NCBI GenBank assembly: GCA_963771045.1 | Contig: CAVYRW010000004.1 | Span: forward strand, 1,088,001-1,152,000 | DNA from: Waddliaceae bacterium | GTDB taxonomy: Bacteria > Chlamydiota > Chlamydiia > Chlamydiales > SLFE01 | DNA length: 64,000 nucleotides | Direction of reading: 5' to 3' | Shown here: positions 31,070-41,133 of the stretch, one piece after another | Numbering within the stretch: the stretch's first letter is position 1 | Layout: every line of letters starts with the position of its first letter | The notes under the pieces: model-generated | The model's input: the letters and a program-made list of their open reading frames with translations, nothing else | Told to the model about the DNA's origin: nothing | Databases searched by the model: none | Translations under genes and position numbers: made by a program

Positions 31070-31429
31070 TTAAGTTTTTTCGAGAAAAAATCGGGTGCTG
31101 ATCCGCTTGGGAATAATGCCTTCAAGCATCATGAAAAAATCCCTCCTGTTCATGGCAATTTTTCCGGAAGCTTTAAGAGGAAAGCGTCCTTTTTCAAGAC
31201 GCTTATACCAGATCGCAAGACCGTCATTATCCCAGTAGAGCACTTTCATTTTATTGCGCTGGCGATTGAGAAAAACAAAGAAAGCACCTGATGTCGGCTC
31301 TTCCAAGGATTGCTCTACGATAGCGCATAAACCCTCGAAACTCTTTCTCATGTTAACCGGCTCGCCGAAGACAAAAATACGAGCATTTCCTGTGATTGTC
31401 AGCATAGGTTTCCTAAAAGTTCCAGGCAT
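31070..31429 (-). CDS. tnpB: IS66 accessory protein TnpB
   Basis: NMRKSFEGL, KVLYWDNDG, KRLEKGRF. Confidence 0.92.
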   Translation of the reverse strand: MPGTFRKPMLTITGNARIFVFGEPVNMRKSFEGLCAIVEQSLEEPTSGAFFVFLNRQRNKMKVLYWDNDGLAIWYKRLEKGRFPLKASGKIAMNRRDFFMMLEGIIPKRISTRFFLEKT

Positions 31430-31716
31430 CGAGCAAGCGTAGATTGGTCAAAGTTAGTTGAAAGATGGATGCGGCCTGCAGCCGTTTCGATAATGATTCC
31501 GGCATCGGGTCGACTCTCATCCTTTAATTCCAAGAATCCTTTCGGAGATGAATGTTTCTCGCTTTGAGATCCCAAGAACCGCACCTTCCAATAAACGGTG
31601 CGAGAATAGACGAAATTATTTTCTCTGCTCCACTGAGCTAAAGACTTACCGCTAGCCTGCCAATCTTGGATTCTATCTTTCCAAACCAAAGCTGTATCCG
31701 ATAGTTCATTGTGCAT
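31399..31716 (-). CDS. tnpA: IS66 accessory protein TnpA
   Basis: WKDRIQDWQASGKSLAQWSRE HTH-like start; position upstream of tnpB. Confidence 0.85.
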   Translation of the reverse strand: MHNELSDTALVWKDRIQDWQASGKSLAQWSRENNFVYSRTVYWKVRFLGSQSEKHSSPKGFLELKDESRPDAGIIIETAAGRIHLSTNFDQSTLARCLELLGNLC

Positions 31717-32368
31717 ATCTTTCCTCCTCTTCTTTATCGAGTTTTGAGGAAAGAATAACCGGAAAGAAAATCAGAAAGAAGATGGGTTTAATTGACGCTT
31801 ACAAAGTTTGCGTAGATGCGCCAATCACGACGCTCATTAGCGTCTGCGAGTGTACTACGTGAAACATCTGAACGGATTCCCATATGATAGAGTTTATTCC
31901 GTTGAGCGCGGAGACAAGCTTCGATGTCGCGCAAACTTTCCCTGAAAGTGAGTTGAGCAAAGGCCATACACCTGTACTGATCTTGGCAGGTAAAAGTTTT
32001 AACATGTTTGTTACCCTCATATCTCTCAACGCATCGCCGGAAAGTATGCTGGGGAAGAAAGTTTAACACTTGAACGAAGATGATTTTGCCTGAATACATA
32101 TGTCGGCTCCTTTTGCACACATGGTTGCATCAGATGCTGACATTAGCGGTGATACAGTTCAACGGTTGAAGTCGCTAACAGGTCTTAAACGCATTTAAAT
32201 CACTGGTATTTATACTGATAAGAAAGGTTTTTATGAAATTTTCCGGACACTAGTGATCATCGCTAATAAATTTAATCCCAGCATAATAAAATGTATCAAA
32301 GTGCAGACCTCTCCTTTCTTTTTGAGGCCCCATCTGTATACAATCAGAAACCAGATTCCAAGGTAAAT

Positions 32369-33005
32369 CCCGAGTTTGACAGCTGATTTTCCCATGGCAC
32401 TGTGAATCAATAACATGAGAAAATTAAAAGTGCGTGTGCCACTACATTTTGAGAGGATGAACGGATTTAGATAGCTGAAGTGTGCTTCAACAATTTTGGA
32501 GGAATGGGTGCTCCAATGGCTTTGAGCAGCAGAGCGGCATTGCCTTTAATGTCACTCCTGACCCAAACGAGATTTTCTTTGAGCTTGACAGGCATGGCTC
32601 TCACTTCTGCTAATTCTTGCATTGCTTCCAGCACGGTTAGGGGTCTCCTGTCGATCTGCCCCTCACTAGTCGCTTTGCTTTCCAATATTACCTCTTTTTC
32701 TCGCAGCAATTTGGTCATTTGCGCTTCGCAAAAGTAGGCGAGAAAGCACATGGTGAGATGCCCTCTGATGCGAGCGTCATCCCAATGATAGATGGGACGT
32801 GTCTTTAGTGTTCCCTTGATTTCCCCAAACGCATCTTCTATTAACCAAAGGTGCTTGTAGGCCACAAGGACCTCATTTGCGTCCATTTGATCAGGTGACA
32901 CATTAGTAATGACCCCGAAGAACCCATCCTTATAAGCTTCCTGAGCAATTGCCTTTTCGTTGAGCTGGGGAGAGCCATTTTGTAAACCGACAATATACTT
33001 GGTGT
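32369..33005 (-). pseudogene. IS1634-family element, 3' fragment with right end, inverted relative to 27938-28569
   Basis: YKHLWLIEDAFGEIK...RPIYHW...IRGHLTMCFLAY. Probable end CCCGAGTTTGACAG at 32369. Shares the 9-bp TSD ACACCAAGT (28561-28569; reverse complement at 32997-33005). Confidence 0.85.
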
Positions 33006-33619
33006 CACTAGTGTCCGGAAAATTTCATAAAAACCTTTCTTATCAGTATAAATACCAGTGATTTAAATGCGTTTAAGACCTGTTAGCGACTTCAACCGTT
33101 GAACTGTATCACCGCTAATGTCAGCATCTGATGCAACCATGTGTGCAAAAGGAGCCGACATATGTATTCAGGCAAAATCATCTTCGCTCAAGTGTTAAAC
33201 TTTCTTCCCCAGCATACTTTCCGGCGATGCGTTGAGAGATATGAGGGTAACAAACATGTTAAAACTTTTACCTGCCAAGATCAGTACAGGTGTATGGCCT
33301 TTGCTCAACTCACTTTCAGGGAAAGTTTGCGCGACATCGAAGCTTGTCTCCGCGCTCAACGGAATAAACTCTATCATATGGGAATCCGTTCAGATGTTTC
33401 ACGTAGTACACTCGCAGACGCTAATGAGCGTCGTGATTGGCGCATCTACGCAAACTTTGCTCAATCGTTGATTAGCAAAGCTCGCGGATTGTATGTAAAC
33501 GAGGATTTTGGGGTTGAACTCAATAGCACTGTGTACGCACTAGATGCATCAACTATTGATCTGTGTCTATCCGTCTTTCCCTGGGCACATTTTCGTCAAA
33601 CTAAGGCTGCAGTGAAATT
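33006..33619 (+). mobile_element. IS4-family element, copy B, truncated by IS256
   Basis: CACTAGTGTCCGGAA end. ORF 33141-33629 nearly identical to copy A and lacks the IS66 insert. Confidence 0.9.
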
Positions 33620-35017
33620 GAGGGTGTAAAATAAACTGTGTAAACTCATTTACAGCCCCATCGCTTTTTTCATCCTGTCGTCAAACAGAATTGAAAACTG
33701 AGATATTGCTGATATCCAGCCTTTGATAGGCTTTGTCCATTTCTCGGATAAGCTCGAGACAGTTAAAAATAGCAATTTGAAAAGAGAGTCGTCTGTTGGA
33801 AAGACAGAACGGCTTTTTGTAGTCTTTCTAAACTGCCTGTGGAGTGATTCTACGGCATTTGTAGTATAAATAATACGTCGAATTTCTTCGGGGTATTTAA
33901 AAAAGGTTCGGATATTATCCCAGTTGTCTGCCCAGGGATTGACGGCTAAGGGGTATCTTGTTGCCCATTTTTCCTGCAGAACAAGCAGGTTTTCCTCAGC
34001 CAAAATTTCTGTTTCAGCCCGATAGATGTTTTTCAGATCCGACACAAATTCCTTCGAATGCTTATGAGGAATGTATTTAAACGAATTTCGGATCAAATGG
34101 ATGACGCATAACTGAATCTCAGTCTCGGGAAACACGGCATTAATTGCTTCCGGCATTCCTTTTAAGCCATCAACACAGGCAATTAAAACGTCGTCAACGC
34201 CTCTATTTTTAAGCTCTGTGAAAACTCGTAACCAAAATTTGGCTCCTTCGTTTTCACCGATCCATAAACCTAAAACATCCTTTTGCCCCTCAAGATCGAT
34301 TCCCAGGCAGGTATACACAGCTTTTGTAACCACCTTTCCATCTTCACGAACCTTATAATGAATAGCATCAAAATAGGTAATAGCGTAGATCTTTTCAAGC
34401 GGTCTTGATTGCCACTCTCTTGCGACTTCTAAAGCCTTTTCCGTGATATGGGATACGGCCGTAGGGGATATTTCAGCACCATATATTTCCTGAACATGAG
34501 CCTGTATATCCCGGGTGCTCATTCCCTTTGCATACATGGAGAGGATTTTCTGATCGAATGAGGTAATATTTCGTTGCCGTTTCTTGACGATTTTTGGCTC
34601 AAAATCACCATTCCTATCTCGGGGCACCTCTAAATCGAGAGGACCGTAGGAACTTTGGACAGATTTTGAAAGCTTGCCATTGCGGCTGTTGCCGGTGTGA
34701 TGGCCTTCAGGTGAGTATTTGGAATAGCCGATATGCTCTTCCATTTCCTTCTCAAGGAGTTGTTCTACCATACCACCCAACAACCTTTGTAAAAGGCCGT
34801 TTTTGCCACATAAGTCGTCCATGGTTTCGCATTTCGACAACTCTTTATCGAGATCGATTTTTAGTTTTGAGAATTTCATAAGTTGTTCCTGTGTAAATTA
34901 AAATTAAAAATTTGTCGCCCCTCCCCCTGCAGGGGGAGGAACCTCCTTCTACTTGTTTACAAGGTATTTACTATAATACACTTGCAACTTAATTTACACA
35001 GTTCAGATTACACTACC
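33620..35017 (-). mobile_element. IS256-family element, copy 2 (transposase 33650-34879)
   Basis: Near-identical to 12702-14099 (three aa differences seen). No flanking TSD. Confidence 0.95.
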
Positions 35018-35019
35018 CC

Positions 35020-35133
35020 TTCAAAATAGAAAACGGTTTCCTACGACACAAATTCACGAGGTAGTTCTCGGTTAACAAAACGTGTTAGAAGTTTACGACT
35101 CCCCCTGGGGGGGGTACCCCCGTGAACAGATAC
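35020..35133 (+). mobile_element. Right-end remnant of a second IS66 (ISBst12-like) copy
   Basis: Matches 20210-20312 plus 21564-21575, without the ISAs1 insertion. Confidence 0.9.
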
Positions 35134-35180
35134 TAAATATTTACTTCTAACCTAAAGACACATCTGTTAATTCTTAAGGA

Positions 35181-36476
35181 ATGAAGACAACTTTTATTCA
35201 CCTTAAAGAGAAGCTGATCAACAGTCTCTGGTTCATACCGGTTCTGATGACATTGGCCAGCCCTTTTTTTGCGATTTTTATTTTCGAATTAGACATTTAT
35301 TTATCCCATATCGGTAAAGAAGTATTCGCTTGGATATGGACCGGCAATTCCGAGGCTGCAGTTCAACTTTTCGCAGCTATAGTTACATCGCTTGTGACCA
35401 TGTCAGCTTTACTGTTTTCTGTAACCATGCTCGTCTTAACAGTTGTGTCTCAGCAATACGGTTCGCACATTTTGAAAGTCTTTCGATCAAATAATTTCAC
35501 CAAACTGGTGCTTGGTTGGTTTATTGGGGCTATTGTTTATTGCATGTTTGTCGTCACTTTCCTGGCAACTCTAAACGATCCTGACTTTCATCCCCAGCTC
35601 AGCATCATCATAGGAATTGCCGTTATGATCTTGTCCTTTATTATCTTTATCATCTTTATTCACCATATGTCGAGTATGATACAAAGCGATCATATCATTG
35701 AAACAGTAGCTAAAGAATTGAGGACCAAAATCGAAAAGCTTCAAGAAAGAGAGTTGAAATACGAAGAAGCGCCAAAAAATATTATTGAACGTATTGGTAC
35801 AGACAATGCTTTTAAAGCATCATCGTCAGGGTATATTCAGTTAATCGATATTGATTCGTTAGTTTCGATTGCAGAAAAAAAAGGCTCTTTTTTTCATATC
35901 TGTTTTCGAATTGGAGACTACATTCATAAAGGCGACGCGATCCTTTGTACAGAAAAATCATTTGATGAGCAGTCCTTATCCGATATTCAAAGCTGCTTTA
36001 AACTCGGATTTGAAAGAATGCCTAAAGATGATTTTGAGTTCAGGCTCGAACAGCTCATTGAGATATGCCTCAAAGCTCTCTCCCCGGGGATAAATGACGC
36101 CTACATCGCAATCACGGCAATCGATCATTTGGGCGATGCTCTTACTCTTCTTTCAATTAGACGGTTCCCTCCGGAATGCTATCAAGATTCAAAAGGAAAA
36201 CTCAGGGTGATCTCAAAACGATTCACCTATGAAAGTTTTGTTGATGCCGCAATCAATCCCATTAAACAAAATGCCAAGTCGCAGCCCATGGTCCTCATCA
36301 AGCTTGTTGATATGCTGGAGCGGGTTTTGGGGATCACCGAAGATGAAGAAAAACAGGCAATCCTCTTTTCCCACATCAAAAACCTCTATAATGTGGGAAA
36401 AAGAAATTTCAACGATGATGAGGATATTGCCGATCTTGAAAGCAGAATGGTTCGCATCAAAAAGACCGTCAGCTAA
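35181..36476 (+). CDS. DUF2254-like membrane protein
   Basis: SLWFIP, SQQYGS, FIHH, SGYIQ, KALSPGIND. Confidence 0.85.
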   Translation: MKTTFIHLKEKLINSLWFIPVLMTLASPFFAIFIFELDIYLSHIGKEVFAWIWTGNSEAAVQLFAAIVTSLVTMSALLFSVTMLVLTVVSQQYGSHILKVFRSNNFTKLVLGWFIGAIVYCMFVVTFLATLNDPDFHPQLSIIIGIAVMILSFIIFIIFIHHMSSMIQSDHIIETVAKELRTKIEKLQERELKYEEAPKNIIERIGTDNAFKASSSGYIQLIDIDSLVSIAEKKGSFFHICFRIGDYIHKGDAILCTEKSFDEQSLSDIQSCFKLGFERMPKDDFEFRLEQLIEICLKALSPGINDAYIAITAIDHLGDALTLLSIRRFPPECYQDSKGKLRVISKRFTYESFVDAAINPIKQNAKSQPMVLIKLVDMLERVLGITEDEEKQAILFSHIKNLYNVGKRNFNDDEDIADLESRMVRIKKTVS

Positions 36477-36768
36477 TCAATGGTTCAATAAAAAGGTATC
36501 CCAAAACAAATGCCGCAGGCAAGCATAAAAATGCAAATGCAAGTACATACCTTTTCACTGCCAAAAAATACCAGGCAAGTGCAGTAAGAAAAATCGGAAG
36601 AGTTGGAAGAACGTAAAGCGCTACCATAGCTGACCATGCCGGCACAGTCTCCCTTTCATATATATAAGCCCATACCACATTGGTAATAATAATAAGAAAG
36701 GGGTTCGCTATAGAGTATATAGCGGTAACAATGCCAAATAAAATGAGTAAAATTTGATGCGGCTTCAT
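36469..36768 (-). CDS. Hypothetical membrane protein
   Basis: 99 aa with three hydrophobic segments. Confidence 0.6.
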   Translation of the reverse strand: MKPHQILLILFGIVTAIYSIANPFLIIITNVVWAYIYERETVPAWSAMVALYVLPTLPIFLTALAWYFLAVKRYVLAFAFLCLPAAFVLGYLFIEPLIS

Positions 36769-36797
36769 TTATTTCAATCATGCGAATCAGGCATTTT

Positions 36798-37250
36798 TTA
36801 GGCAAGCCGGCCAAACAACAAACGTGACTTATCTACTATGACCCCCGATTCCTCGACAAGGCTGCGAAAACGCTTAAAATCACTAATCGGCAGGTTTTTC
36901 CCTGTTAACGATCCGACAACATCCTTTTTTGTCAGAATCCCCTCCCCCTGCCATTTCAGCATTTTTTTCATCAAAGCCACTTCATTCTGCCCTTTCATGC
37001 CATAGACTCCTCTAGGTTTAAATGACCGCCTCTGAAATTCAATTATAGAACAGAGCGACTTCCGGTTTCCGGAATAAAAGAGGCATTGTATATGCATGCC
37101 TTCGTTATCGCGATGATCGATAATCGTTTGAATAAGATAACGATGGGCTTCCGATAGGCCCTGGCTATCAAAGGAAAATCTTTTTTTAAAAGTAGTTTTA
37201 ACTTTCATCATTTCACCCAAAAGGATATTTATTTTACTTTTTTTCATCAA
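36798..37250 (-). CDS. Hypothetical protein
   Basis: 150-aa ORF. The start may be the internal Met near 37211. Confidence 0.5.
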   Translation of the reverse strand: MMKKSKINILLGEMMKVKTTFKKRFSFDSQGLSEAHRYLIQTIIDHRDNEGMHIQCLFYSGNRKSLCSIIEFQRRSFKPRGVYGMKGQNEVALMKKMLKWQGEGILTKKDVVGSLTGKNLPISDFKRFRSLVEESGVIVDKSRLLFGRLA

Positions 37251-37291
37251 ATCATTTAAACTTAAACTTCTGAAGTGTTAGGAGAAAAACC

Positions 37292-37696
37292 ATGCCTAAA
37301 TTTGTTTTGACTTTCATGACGCTCATCACAGCTGTTGCCGCCTGTTTTGGATCTCCAAGTAAATTTTTTACTGTGCAAGAAGATGCCTGGTCCCGCATTG
37401 CTTTGGAAATGGACCATGCCCCCATGGCATGCGTCCTTTCCACTCCCAATGTCTTGTATTCCCAGGATAAAACAGGTTCTTATTTTTTTGCCTTTTTCAA
37501 CGGCTTTCATACGATCACATGCCTTGAGGGTGAATACTATGGGTATCAGGTGTTTGTGGATGACAATGACGAAATATTTGCCCAAAGCAATGAATTCTAT
37601 TTTGAAGAAATGGACGGCGAAGAAATGATGGTTCATGAATATGAAGATGGCATCGTCTACACCGGAAAGGCCGTTCAAATCATTCAATTAAATTAA
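37292..37696 (+). CDS. Hypothetical exported acidic protein
   Basis: AGGAG RBS and signal-peptide-like N-terminus. Confidence 0.65.
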   Translation: MPKFVLTFMTLITAVAACFGSPSKFFTVQEDAWSRIALEMDHAPMACVLSTPNVLYSQDKTGSYFFAFFNGFHTITCLEGEYYGYQVFVDDNDEIFAQSNEFYFEEMDGEEMMVHEYEDGIVYTGKAVQIIQLN

Positions 37697-37775
37697 GTTG
37701 CTGAACATAAGATGATTGAAGGTTTTCTGCTATCATAAAAATTTTATGATATAATTGGTGTGTGGAGGTGAAAGT

Positions 37776-37973
37776 ATGAATACTTTTAAGTTTATTTTAG
37801 CCTTAGCGTTATTTTCTTCATGGGGCCTGCTCAGTGCAGATGACGACTTCAATAATGCCCTTCCCAACGATAAAAAAGTGAATGAAACTCCTGTGAAGGA
37901 TAGTCCGATTCATGACAGCCCGATAACTGATACTCCAATAAAGGATTCGCCTATCGAGGTTAATCCTCAGTAA
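37776..37973 (+). CDS. Small secreted protein with five [DE][ST]P[IV]x repeats
   Basis: GGAGG RBS, signal peptide, ETPVK-DSPIH-DSPIT-DTPIK-DSPIE. Confidence 0.7.
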   Translation: MNTFKFILALALFSSWGLLSADDDFNNALPNDKKVNETPVKDSPIHDSPITDTPIKDSPIEVNPQ

Positions 37974-37979
37974 TTTACC

Positions 37980-38030
37980 GAGGGAATTGCAAACATCGGT
38001 TTTTGCCTTAGTTTTGCAATTCCCTCTTTT
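37980..38030 (+). terminator. Rho-independent terminator
   Basis: GAGGGAATTGCAAA...TTTGCAATTCCCTC-TTTT. Confidence 0.7.
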
Positions 38031-38179
38031 ACATTTTTTGATGATGTAAAAGGGTAAATTTCAGGGCTTGCATCCTATAGGCTCATAATCGAAATCATAT
38101 TATATAAACCCGTTATTTTATTCAAATTAAGTGGATTAACTTTTTTCTTGCCCTCTTGACTTAAGGTAAAGTATAAGCG

Positions 38180-38300
38180 GTTCAGAAGGGCCTGCCCAGC
38201 AAAACGCGGGGCGCGGCTTAAAACATCCAGGGAACTTATAGTGGCAACACTCGGTACCGGAAGCCAAGACAAGCAAAATTCATATAGAGACCTTCGTTCA
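38180..38300 (+). ncRNA. Candidate structured RNA, class unassigned
   Basis: GC-rich island in an AT-rich spacer, downstream of TTGCCC-N18-TATAAG. Several stems, including the AGTG-GCAA-CACT GNRA hairpin. Confidence 0.4.
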
Positions 38301-38374
38301 ATTTCTTATTTAACTCGCATTTTCAGAAACTTCGGGATATTTGTGCTGCCATTTATGTATGGAGGAAATAATTT

Positions 38375-39019
38375 ATGTTATCTTATAGTCAGCATTCTTA
38401 CTGGTTTCATCTCCACACCAACGCCACAGAAGGACCTTTATCTGTGGAAGACTACTTTAAAATGTCTCAGCAATATGGGGTTGAGGAATTAATTTTTCTC
38501 GAACATATCTCCCGTACCCCTCAATATGATGTTGAAGAGTACTCCTCTTCAATCAAACAGTTCTCTCAAAATTACAACATTAAAGCAAGAGTTGGATTTG
38601 AAGCCAAAATCCTAGAAGATGGAGAACTGGACATATTAGACAAGCATCTTGAAATTGCCGATGTTATCGGCATCGCAGAATATGATTTTACGCCGAATTT
38701 TACTTTGTTTATGACAGCATGGAAAGAAGTTATCGATTTTGCCAAATCCCTAACTCCCGAAAAAGAGGTTGTTTGGGTTCATCCGGGCTTGTTTTTTAGA
38801 AAAAACCGCTTGATGATCACCCATAAACAGGAATATCAGCAGCTTCTCAGGCATGCATTGGAATCAGGGGTCCAATTGGAATATAACTTGAAGTACAATC
38901 TTTTAGAACGTCCCCTGCATTTGCAATTTCCTCATGTTTTGGGTTTAGACGCCTGCCAGGAGGAAGATATCATTCGTTGGGAAAATGCTTTGGCAGCTGC
39001 TATGATCTCTTCAGCTTGA
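38375..39019 (+). CDS. PHP-domain-like protein
   Basis: FHLHT-x3-EG, FLEH, GFEAK, WVHPG. Confidence 0.7.
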   Translation: MLSYSQHSYWFHLHTNATEGPLSVEDYFKMSQQYGVEELIFLEHISRTPQYDVEEYSSSIKQFSQNYNIKARVGFEAKILEDGELDILDKHLEIADVIGIAEYDFTPNFTLFMTAWKEVIDFAKSLTPEKEVVWVHPGLFFRKNRLMITHKQEYQQLLRHALESGVQLEYNLKYNLLERPLHLQFPHVLGLDACQEEDIIRWENALAAAMISSA

Positions 39020-40194
39020 CGCTTGCGTGAATATCTTTCAATAAAACCCTGCCCGCTTTTATGGAAAGTATCCTTTTCCATCAAAGCGAGCAGGGTTTTT
39101 TGTATTTCTCCGCCGGTTTTGCAAAGCGGCCCCGCACCGGCCGATCTGATCAACTGTCCCAATTCGCACTCCTCGGGTATTCCGACCCCCAAAATAGGCT
39201 TGCCTGCAAACAAGTACTCATAAATTTTACCGCTGACAAGCCCCCCATAGCGATCATAGTCGAAATGGATTTGCAAAAAGGCATCCGCCGACAGTTGGAC
39301 GCTCTTGATTTCATCGGAAGGGAGCAGCCCCTCATAAAAAACGACATCTTGTAAATGGTGCGAGACGATTGCATCATTCAAATAGCTCGATGGATGCCCG
39401 TAGAATAACAACTCGAACTTTTCGGAAAACTCACTGTCGCAGGCGATAAGATTCTTTAACGACACAAATAACGGCTCCAGGCGATGCCTGCCTTCATAGA
39501 TTGTCCCCGTATAGACCATGCGGAATTTTTTCTTGCGATCAGCAAAATACCGATTGGAGGCTTCTAAATAAGCTTCTTCGTCATAACCGTTAGGAATGAC
39601 GATAACCTCTTTTTGAGGATACTTCCTTGCGAGTACCTCTTTTAATCCGTTCGAGACCGTCAGCAGAGCATCGGCTTTACCGCACACTTTTTTCTCCCAC
39701 CATTTTTCCAAAATCGTAAATGGCCAAAGTCCCTGGTAATTGTGGTTGTCCACCCAAAGGTCGCGAAAATCAGCCAGCCAGACTCCACCGAGGTGTTTTT
39801 TTGCAAAATATCCGGCAATATGAGCCGACGGAGGTCCGTAAGAACTGATAATCAGATCATAACCGGACATTTTTTTGATCTCCCCGATTGCCGGAATGAT
39901 CCAGGGATCTGTCCTTCCGGGCAGCCTCTCGTTCATCCGAGTTCGATAAAACCGCATCAGCCAGGATTTTCTTTCTGACAATCTCTGTTTCATCTGTTCC
40001 CCGCCAAAAAAGGTGATCGGATCAAAATAGGGCGCTTCTATGACATGGGGACAGGGCGTTGAATCCTTTTTTGCGGTCGTTAAAACTGTCGTTTCATGGC
40101 CCATTTTACGGAAATACTTGTCCCAGGAGGCTATTCGCTCTGTGCCAATCCCTTGAAGAGGAGGAAAATACCGGGAAATGATTAAAATCTTCAT
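38932..40194 (-). CDS. Glycosyltransferase family 4-like
   Basis: MKILIISRYFPP, ADFRDLW, IPNGYD, YTGTIY, SGKIYEYL. Confidence 0.88.
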   Translation of the reverse strand: MKILIISRYFPPLQGIGTERIASWDKYFRKMGHETTVLTTAKKDSTPCPHVIEAPYFDPITFFGGEQMKQRLSERKSWLMRFYRTRMNERLPGRTDPWIIPAIGEIKKMSGYDLIISSYGPPSAHIAGYFAKKHLGGVWLADFRDLWVDNHNYQGLWPFTILEKWWEKKVCGKADALLTVSNGLKEVLARKYPQKEVIVIPNGYDEEAYLEASNRYFADRKKKFRMVYTGTIYEGRHRLEPLFVSLKNLIACDSEFSEKFELLFYGHPSSYLNDAIVSHHLQDVVFYEGLLPSDEIKSVQLSADAFLQIHFDYDRYGGLVSGKIYEYLFAGKPILGVGIPEECELGQLIRSAGAGPLCKTGGEIQKTLLALMEKDTFHKSGQGFIERYSRKRQAEEIIAAAKAFSQRMISSSWQASKPKT

Positions 40195-40246
40195 GAGATT
40201 GATTTTGACTGACAAAAAAAATTGGGTCAATGTTATAAAAGTTTTT

Positions 40247-40891
40247 ATGAATACAACTAAATACTGTGCACACCCCTATGATATGCAGCCGAGGGACAAA
40301 AAAAAGCGATGCATTACCTATGAACAAGTAAAAAAAGAGCAAGACGCTCATGGCATAAAATTCCAGGATCTCAATCTAAGACGAAGGCGCTATTTAGAGG
40401 GAAGACTAATTTCATCCTTCAACTGCAATATCATTGAGACTGAAGTACGAGGTGAATTAAAAAAGATCGACCCTCAGATCATTCTGGATATTACAAGAGA
40501 TACCTACAAGATCGAAGGCAAAATTGTGCCAAAGGATTCTACCGCCTTGAAGTTTGCGTTGGAGCGCATCGACCGGATATCCGAAGGCGATAATAAGCTT
40601 TTGTTGACCATTACCCAAATTTTTAACCAAACAATCGGAAACGATCTTTTCTGGTGCGTTAGCGATTCAATAGACGCGGTTAAAACCGGTTTTTTACCCT
40701 CAGAAACCACTTCTAAAAGATACTATGACTTATATAAAAAAAATGGGTGCGTTTATATTGAGGGGCATATTGAGGGAACCATACGAGACTTGAACAAAAA
40801 TGCCAAAATTCTTCCTATCAAATTTTCCGCTACCGTCAGATATAATCTTAACACTGATAAAGCGTTCCATGCCATTAGATTTAAAATCTAA
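40247..40891 (+). CDS. Hypothetical protein
   Basis: ORF of about 214 aa. Confidence 0.6.
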   Translation: MNTTKYCAHPYDMQPRDKKKRCITYEQVKKEQDAHGIKFQDLNLRRRRYLEGRLISSFNCNIIETEVRGELKKIDPQIILDITRDTYKIEGKIVPKDSTALKFALERIDRISEGDNKLLLTITQIFNQTIGNDLFWCVSDSIDAVKTGFLPSETTSKRYYDLYKKNGCVYIEGHIEGTIRDLNKNAKILPIKFSATVRYNLNTDKAFHAIRFKI

Positions 40892-41133
40892 CAAATTCGA
40901 AAAATTAATATATAAACTAAACAAACAATGGTTTATATACTCATATATGTTTATCAAAGTTTATTGTTTTTAACATAAGAAATATTCTGCTCTCGTCCGG
41001 CGGCAAACTGAAAGGGATTTTTAATTTGACAACAATGATCCTCTTATAAAAAATCAGGGCTATTGATTCATGACAAGCATTTTTTAGAAGCTTGTTATGA
41101 CTAAAATCAGGATTTTAAGAGGAGGCTTTTAAC

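Larger units (their letters stand above)
29465..31802 (-). mobile_element. IS66-family element (three ORFs) inserted in IS4
   Basis: Ends GTAAGCGTCA / TGACGCTTAC. 8-bp TSD AAAGTTTG at 29457 and 31803. Confidence 0.95.
28570..32255 (-). mobile_element. IS4-family element, copy A (DUF4372-type transposase split 32120-31803 / 29456-28572 by IS66)
   Basis: TIR CACTAGTGTCCGGAA at both ends. Motifs DASTIDL, MDRGY, YRCRWQVELFFKWIKQ. Confidence 0.9.
18691..35133 (+). mobile_element. IS66-bounded composite element carrying an Rhs toxin-immunity module and nested IS
   Basis: Left end GTATCCGTTCACGGGGTA, right end TACCCCCGTGAACAGATAC. TAAATATT directly repeated at 18683-18690 and 35134-35141. Confidence 0.85.

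Noticed and set aside
31070..31429. TnpB as an RNA-guided nuclease
   Set aside because: This is the 119-aa IS66 accessory TnpB, unrelated to IS200/IS605 RuvC TnpB.
38180..38300. c-di-GMP-I riboswitch assignment
   Set aside because: Only loose resemblance in the 3' half. The conserved first hairpin with its GAAA tetraloop is absent.
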